Source of the DNA: Candidatus Portiera aleyrodidarum
GTDB taxonomy: Bacteria > Pseudomonadota > Gammaproteobacteria > Johnevansiales > Johnevansiaceae
Direction: 5' to 3'
Assembly (NCBI RefSeq): GCF_000953395.1
Contig: NZ_LN649236.1
Coordinates: 150,001-182,000 of the forward strand
DNA: 32,000 nucleotides
In this document: one piece after another, positions 26,814 through 32,000 of the stretch
How positions within the stretch are numbered: the stretch's first letter is position 1
Layout of the letters: the number at the start of each line of letters is the position of its first letter
The notes under the pieces: generated by a model
Told to the model about the DNA's origin: nothing
The model's database searches: none
What the model saw: the letters and a program-made list of their open reading frames with translations, nothing else
Program-made: the position numbers and the translations under genes

Positions 26814-28068
26814 AACCAATGTAGGAAAATCTACATTATTTAATTGTTTAACCAAAAACAAAAATTCTATAATAAATAATATTCCTTATTTTACAAGAGA
26901 TAGAAAATATGGAATCTTACAAATCAACAATCAAAAAATCATTTTAATCGATACAGCAGCTATTTCACATAAGTTTTTTTATTATAAAAAAAAACATATA
27001 ACATATTATATTAATAAACAAACCAAACTAGCTATTCAAGAATCACATATCATTTTATTTGTCATAACGTCCTATACTAATTTAGATACTTTTTATAAAA
27101 ACTTTATAAGTTTTTTAAAAAACAAAAATAAAAAAATTATATTTATTATCAATAAAATTGATTATCTAATTAAGTTTTCTTGTAACAAGTTATTTAATTT
27201 TTATAAACCCATTTTGATATCTGCGTTACACAACATAAATATTAATAAATTATTAAATCTAATCAAATTTAATTTATCTAAACACACTACAATTATTAAC
27301 AATAATCCGTCCACTAAAATATGTTTAATAGGAAAAACTAATGTTGGAAAATCAACATTAATTAATAGCTTATTAAAGGAAAATCGTTTAATTATTAATA
27401 ATCGTCCTGGAACAACTAGAGAAAATATCACAATAAAAATACATTATAAAAATCATTTATTTCTTTTAACTGATACAAAAGGACTAACTCACAATATAAA
27501 ACACAATAAAAATCTATTTTTTTTAATACAAACAAATGATATTATTTTTTATGTTATAGATGCACATAGTGGTATCTTTGAAAAAGATATATATCTTTTA
27601 ACAAAAATTTTTTTATTAGGAAAACATTTATTTTTAATTATTAATAAATGGGATGCCATCACTAATAAACAAAAACTTTTAATACGAAAAGAATTAACTA
27701 TAAAATTATATAAATATAAAAAATTTTTAAATATACATTTTATTTCTGCTTTATATTTTTATAATATAAACACAATCTTTCATTCTATAGATTATTTTTT
27801 ATATTTCAAATCCAAAACTTGGTCAATACATTTTTTAACAAAATTAATTAATTTAGCCATAACCAACAATCCCCCATTAAAAAAACAACATCTTTTGAAA
27901 TTTTTATTAGCAAAACAAATTAATATAAACCCTATTATTATTATGATTTTTGGTCACAAACACATCAAATTCTTACCAAATAATTATAAAAAATATTTAT
28001 TTAATTTTCTTATACACAAATTAAATATAAAAAATATTTTATTACAAATTCATTATTTTAACCAATAA
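26785..28068 (+). CDS. der: Ribosome-biogenesis GTPase Der (EngA), two tandem GTPase domains
   Basis: 427 aa. First G-domain: IIGKTNVGKSTLFNCL, DTAA, NKID. Second G-domain: LIGKTNVGKSTLINSL, PGTTRE, DTKG, NKWD. A KH-like tail follows. The ATG lies 29 nt inside the hisS 3' end. Confidence 0.9.
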   Translation: MNLIISIIGKTNVGKSTLFNCLTKNKNSIINNIPYFTRDRKYGILQINNQKIILIDTAAISHKFFYYKKKHITYYINKQTKLAIQESHIILFVITSYTNLDTFYKNFISFLKNKNKKIIFIINKIDYLIKFSCNKLFNFYKPILISALHNININKLLNLIKFNLSKHTTIINNNPSTKICLIGKTNVGKSTLINSLLKENRLIINNRPGTTRENITIKIHYKNHLFLLTDTKGLTHNIKHNKNLFFLIQTNDIIFYVIDAHSGIFEKDIYLLTKIFLLGKHLFLIINKWDAITNKQKLLIRKELTIKLYKYKKFLNIHFISALYFYNINTIFHSIDYFLYFKSKTWSIHFLTKLINLAITNNPPLKKQHLLKFLLAKQININPIIIMIFGHKHIKFLPNNYKKYLFNFLIHKLNIKNILLQIHYFNQ

Positions 28069-28072
28069 AGTT

Positions 28073-28146
28073 CACGCCTGAGAGGATTCGAACCTCCAAC
28101 TTTTTGATTCGTAATCAAATACTCTATCCAATTGAGTTACAGGCGC
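28073..28146 (-). tRNA. tRNA-Arg (anticodon ACG)
   Basis: Minus-strand sequence GCGCCTGTAACTCAATTGGATAGAGTATTTGATTACGAATCAAAAAGTTGGAGGTTCGAATCCTCTCAGGCGTG. The anticodon stem TTTGA/TCAAA flanks the loop TTACGAA. The T-arm is identical to E. coli tRNA-Arg(ACG). No encoded CCA. Confidence 0.9.
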
Positions 28147-28159
28147 TTATAGTTTTTTA

Positions 28160-28248
28160 TGGAGAGAGAGGGTTTCGAACCCTCGATAGATATATGTTTC
28201 TATACTCCCTTAGCAGGGGAGCGCCTTAATCCACTCGGCCACCTCTCC
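28160..28248 (-). tRNA. tRNA-Ser (anticodon GCT), class II
   Basis: Minus-strand sequence GGAGAGGTGGCCGAGTGGATTAAGGCGCTCCCCTGCTAAGGGAGTATAGAAACATATATCTATCGAGGGTTCGAAACCCTCTCTCTCC. The anticodon stem CTCCC/GGGAG flanks the loop CTGCTAA. It has a long variable arm. The D-arm and anticodon arm are close to E. coli tRNA-Ser(GCU). Confidence 0.9.
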
Positions 28249-28254
28249 TTGTAT

Positions 28255-29514
28255 TTATAATTCTTCTTGTATATAAGTTTGATCTAAGTGAAAAGTTGTA
28301 TGTAATACCTTGATTGATAAGTCCATATTGGGTTCATCAATAATTATAGAAATTTGGATTTCTGATATAGACAATAATCTAATAGTGATACCTTGTTTTT
28401 CTAAAATATAAATCAATTTTTTTGCTACGTATGAATGTGAGGTTATTCCTATTCCTATTATTGAAATTTTAACAATTTTATCATACCCTTCTATTTGTCC
28501 ACATAATTGCTTACACACATATTCTTTTATAAGAGGATAATTGGTTTTATAATCATATTTTGATAAAGTAAACGTTAACTCAACTTGCTTATTGATTGTT
28601 TTAATATTTTGAAGCAATATATCTGCTTCTGATATTTGTCTTAAAATTGTATAACATACCCCCGGTACACCATCGGAAACATTTAAAACCGTTAGTTCAG
28701 CTTCATTACAATTATATGTTATTCCGGAAATTAACGTTTTTTCCATATGATTTGCTAAAATAGACCTCTTTTTTATTATTAATGTACCTGGATTATTATC
28801 AAACACAGATAAAACTCTTAAAGGTATATTATATTTTCCTGCAAACTCAACAGAACGTATTTGTAATACTTTGGATCCTAAACTAGACAATTCTAACATT
28901 TCCTCAACAGTTATATATGATAGTAAACTAGAAGTCTTACATAATCTAGGATCAGTTGTATAAACACCAGATACATCTGTATATATTTGACATTCATCTG
29001 CTTTAATAGATGTAGCTAATGCTACTGCTGTTGTATCTGACCCCCCTCTTCCTAATGTAGTTATATTTCCATATTTATCTATTCCTTGAAAACCCGCCAC
29101 TATAACAATAGTATTATTATTTATATCTTTATTTATTATTGAAGTATCTATATGTTTTATACGAGCTTTTGTATAAACACTATCTGTAAATATAGATACT
29201 TGTGCTCCTGTATAAGATTTTGCTTGAACACCAACAATATTTAAAGCCATAGATAATAACGCTATAGTTACTTGTTCACCAGTTGATATCAAAATATCTA
29301 ACTCTCTATTCTTATAAATATTATTTACTTGTTTTTCATTATACATGTTTTTAGCTAAAGATAATAATCTATTTGTTTCTCCACTCATCGCTGATACTAC
29401 AACAATTATTTTATTCTTTTTTTTATAAAATAATTTTATTTGTTTAGCAATATTTTTGATATTTTTTATTGAACCTACTGATGTGCCACCAAATTTTTGT
29501 ACAAAAATTCCCAT
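28255..29514 (-). CDS. lysC: Aspartate kinase (monofunctional, with C-terminal ACT domains)
   Basis: 419 aa. VQKFGGTSVGS, VVVSAMSGETNRL, GRGGSDTTAVALA, IYTDVSGVYTTDPR, EEMLELSSLGSKVLQ.RSVEFA. The stop is 6 nt from the 5' end of tRNA-Ser(GCT). Confidence 0.95.
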   Translation of the reverse strand: MGIFVQKFGGTSVGSIKNIKNIAKQIKLFYKKKNKIIVVVSAMSGETNRLLSLAKNMYNEKQVNNIYKNRELDILISTGEQVTIALLSMALNIVGVQAKSYTGAQVSIFTDSVYTKARIKHIDTSIINKDINNNTIVIVAGFQGIDKYGNITTLGRGGSDTTAVALATSIKADECQIYTDVSGVYTTDPRLCKTSSLLSYITVEEMLELSSLGSKVLQIRSVEFAGKYNIPLRVLSVFDNNPGTLIIKKRSILANHMEKTLISGITYNCNEAELTVLNVSDGVPGVCYTILRQISEADILLQNIKTINKQVELTFTLSKYDYKTNYPLIKEYVCKQLCGQIEGYDKIVKISIIGIGITSHSYVAKKLIYILEKQGITIRLLSISEIQISIIIDEPNMDLSIKVLHTTFHLDQTYIQEEL

Positions 29515-29515
29515 A

Positions 29516-30817
29516 TTATCCTCTTTTTAAAATATTTTTTATAATTGTTTTTATTTGTTTGAGATTTTGTTTACTAGTTTTTATATATGAAAAATCATTA
29601 TTTTTATTATAAATAATCTTTTGATTTTGTTTTAATAGTTTTTTTAAAATTACATTAGAGTTTATTATATCGAAACAATCTTTCGTTATTTTAATAAAAA
29701 CATATATATAATGTTTCTTAATAATATATAAAAGTATGATACTTTTTTTTAATAAATTTTTTAATAATTTATTGATTATTAAAAATACATCTTTTTTATA
29801 CTCACTTTTGATTTTTTTAATTAAAATTTTATATTCATATAAATAAAAAATTTGATGTAATAACTTTGTTATTATGTTTTTTATATTTAGTTTTTGTAAC
29901 GTTTTTAATTGATCAATATATATTTTTTGTTTATTGATAATATTTAATATATTATGTTCTATATTTTTTATATTTTGTTTAATATTATAAGATATATTTT
30001 TAACAATTAAATTATTTTTTAATATATAATATATAGCTTTTTTATTGGTTAATGCCTCAATACGACGTATTCCTTTATATACACTTTTTTCGGACACAAT
30101 ACAAAAATTCACAATATTTTTTGTATTTTTTATATGAGTTCCATTACATACTTCTATTGAATAACTACCCTCTTTTCCAATAAATACTACATTTAATTTA
30201 TTTTTAATATAATTCGTTTCAAATACTAAATTTATGTCTTGTAATGATAAATTTTTTATAAAAATGATATTTTTTTTTAGAATTTCATTATTGATTAAGT
30301 GTTCAATAATAAATAATTGTTCATTTGAAATATTTTTATAATAATTAAAATCCAAAGTTATTTTTTTTTCATTAATTAAACATCCTTTTTTCACAATATT
30401 TATATTTAATACTCTTTTTAACGTTTCATTTAATAAATGTATTGCAGAATGATTTATACTTAGTTTATAACGAACAAATTTATCTATATAAACATTTACC
30501 TTATTATCAATCACTAACTGACCTTTTAACAATATTCCTATATGTAAATATAAATTGTTATATTTTTTAACATGATATACTTTAAATTTTCCTATATCAT
30601 TATATATATATCCAATATCGCTAATTTGTCCACAAGATTCAAAAAAAAATGATGTGGTTTTTAAAATAATAATTCCTTCTACATTTTCTTTTATAAATTT
30701 TATTTTGTTACCTTTTTTATTACAAAGTTGTATGATTTTTGTTTTATATTTATATATATTTAAACTACTTACATAAGTTTTTTTATTTAATAATGTTTGT
30801 CTCAACTCTGCTATCAT
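29516..30817 (-). CDS. alaS: Alanyl-tRNA synthetase-derived protein: beta-barrel, editing and C-terminal domains only, no aminoacylation domain (AlaX-like or C-terminal half of a split or degraded AlaRS)
   Basis: 433 aa. FFFESCGQISDIGYI (E. coli PFYAESGGQVGDKGEL), SINHSAIHLLNETLKRVL (editing HxxxH; E. coli LNHSATHLMHAALRQVL), ITLDFNY, SIEVCNGTHIKNT (editing CxxxH; E. coli STELCGGTHASRT) and GIRRIEALT (E. coli GVRRIEAVT), followed by a Lys-rich degenerate C-terminal region. By eye the alignment begins at about residue 450 of E. coli AlaRS. None of the class II catalytic motifs are present. Confidence 0.8.
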   Translation of the reverse strand: MIAELRQTLLNKKTYVSSLNIYKYKTKIIQLCNKKGNKIKFIKENVEGIIILKTTSFFFESCGQISDIGYIYNDIGKFKVYHVKKYNNLYLHIGILLKGQLVIDNKVNVYIDKFVRYKLSINHSAIHLLNETLKRVLNINIVKKGCLINEKKITLDFNYYKNISNEQLFIIEHLINNEILKKNIIFIKNLSLQDINLVFETNYIKNKLNVVFIGKEGSYSIEVCNGTHIKNTKNIVNFCIVSEKSVYKGIRRIEALTNKKAIYYILKNNLIVKNISYNIKQNIKNIEHNILNIINKQKIYIDQLKTLQKLNIKNIITKLLHQIFYLYEYKILIKKIKSEYKKDVFLIINKLLKNLLKKSIILLYIIKKHYIYVFIKITKDCFDIINSNVILKKLLKQNQKIIYNKNNDFSYIKTSKQNLKQIKTIIKNILKRG

Positions 30818-31010
30818 TTATACCCCAGCAACGTAATTACATCCAAATATGTACCTTATCATTAACTCTAATCTAGACAATAAATAATCTTTTGTTTATT
30901 TCTAAAGTTTTCATAAATTACCTATCATATCTGTTTTTTTGCAAATTAATTCTTTTTTTATTATTATATGTTTAATATACTATTATTAATTTGATATTTT
31001 TTATACTACA

Positions 31011-32000
31011 ATGAAAAAGAATTTATATAATACCACACCCATAATTACACAATATTTAAAAATCAAAAATAAATATAAAAATATTTTATTATTATATCGT
31101 ATGGGTGATTTTTATGAATTCCTTTTTGAAGATGCACACCAAGCATCTGCTTTATTAAATATACAATTAACTAGTAAAGGAAAATATAATAATAAACCTA
31201 TTCCAATGGCTGGAATACCTTCTCATAGTATAAATACATATTTAAAACGTATAATCACTACCGGAATATCTGTTGCTATTTGTGAACAAATACCAAATAA
31301 AAAAACAAATAATAAAAAATTAATAGAAAGAAAAGTAATTAGAGTAATAACACCTGGAACTATATATGAAGAACATTTATTAGATGAAAATAAAGATAAT
31401 TTAATTTTATCTATAATATATCAAAATAATATATGGGGTATTGCTTGGTTAGAATTAACCACAGGAGATTTTGGGGTATTAGAAGTGAATAATCAACAAA
31501 AGTTAATTTTAGAATTAGAAAGATTAAATCCTGTGGAATTATTAATTCCTAGTTCCACTCAAACATTACCTCCCCTTCCAATAAAAAAATCCATAATCAA
31601 TCATATAAATGAAGAATATTTTCATTATCAAAATGCTTATAATATATTATATAACAAATTAAAAATAAAAAATATAGATACTAAACTTCATAATGGCGTA
31701 TCTGCAGCTGGTGCTATAATTCACTATATAAATAATAATAAAATTTATAATTTATCACATATTAATCATTTAATTTTTGAAAAAAACAAATATAATTTAA
31801 ATATAGATCGTACCACTAAAAAACATTTAGAAATTGATATAAATGTGAATGGTAAACAAGAAAATACATTATTTAGTGTTTTAAACACAACAATGACAAA
31901 TATGGGTAGTAGATTATTAAAAAAATGGATTAATAATCCCATTACAAATTATAAATTAATTGAATTAAGACAAAATGCCATTCAGATTATTATCAATAAT
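31011..32000 (+). CDS. mutS: DNA mismatch repair protein MutS, N-terminal 330 codons (runs off the right edge)
   Basis: My own translation from ATG 31011 gives [94 protein letters not shown]...[11 protein letters not shown]. This matches the MutS mismatch-binding domain (E. coli [49 protein letters not shown]...[29 protein letters not shown]). The frame is open to position 32000. Confidence 0.9.
   Translation, partial: [330 protein letters not shown]

Noticed and set aside
21134-27431. ORFs 21134-21478(+), 22361-22621(+), 23294-23476(+), 23498-23728(+) and 27201-27431(-)
   Set aside because: They are antisense to ilvD, lon and der, all of which are strongly supported. These are shadow ORFs.
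30818-31010. Remnants of the AlaRS catalytic domain in the alaS/mutS spacer
   Set aside because: I translated the minus strand in all frames. The in-frame stretch before the ATG is only about 25 codons (…DYLLSRLELMIRYIFGCNYVAGV*) and shows no class II motif. In any case, 193 nt cannot hold a 440-aa domain.
1-32000. CRISPR arrays, IS elements or transposases, integrases, prophage, toxin-antitoxin or other defence loci
   Set aside because: No direct-repeat and spacer periodicity is present. There are no terminal inverted repeats flanking an ORF and no ORF with transposase, integrase or nuclease-defence motifs. Every sizeable ORF except the 105-aa orphan is accounted for by a housekeeping or biosynthetic family.

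Overview
Extremely AT-rich window (by eye about one-fifth G+C, not computed), very gene-dense and free of repeats. This is typical of a strongly reduced obligate intracellular endosymbiont genome of proteobacterial origin. I count 29 protein-coding loci and 7 tRNA genes. Intergenic DNA is almost absent, and many genes overlap by 4-29 nt. Gene order, left to right: dnaB' (partial), rplI, rpsR, rpsF, tRNA-Asp, tRNA-Val, tsaB, aceF, aceE, dapA, dnaX, gnd-like, tRNA-Ser(GGA), yadH, yadG, tRNA-Gly, tRNA-Glu, infA, mnmA, sufS, sufD, sufC, sufB, hisZ, miaA (interrupted), mutL, a 105-aa orphan, ilvD, lon, hisS, der, tRNA-Arg, tRNA-Ser(GCT), lysC, an alaS-derived ORF lacking the catalytic half, and mutS' (partial). 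The content is housekeeping (replication, translation, Fe-S assembly, mismatch repair, proteolysis) plus amino-acid provisioning genes (dapA, lysC, ilvD, hisZ). Several signals point to a betaproteobacterial rather than enterobacterial ancestry, but I cannot name the organism from sequence alone. These are hisZ, hisS-der adjacency, rpsF-rpsR-rplI-dnaB order, and an endonuclease-type MutL. I see no mobile elements, CRISPR arrays, prophage, defence systems or secondary-metabolite clusters, and I do not want to invent one. The items worth a second look are unusual gene architectures. (1) An AlaRS gene retains the editing and C-terminal domains but has no aminoacylation domain and no room for one. 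(2) miaA is broken by a single in-frame TGA at an aromatic position, although TGA is a genuine stop elsewhere in the window. (3) The tsaB reading frame has no stop codon until it has read through all of tRNA-Val and into tRNA-Asp. (4) A lysine-rich 105-aa orphan ORF is wedged exactly between ilvD and mutL. (5) dnaX is trimmed to the clamp-loader core.
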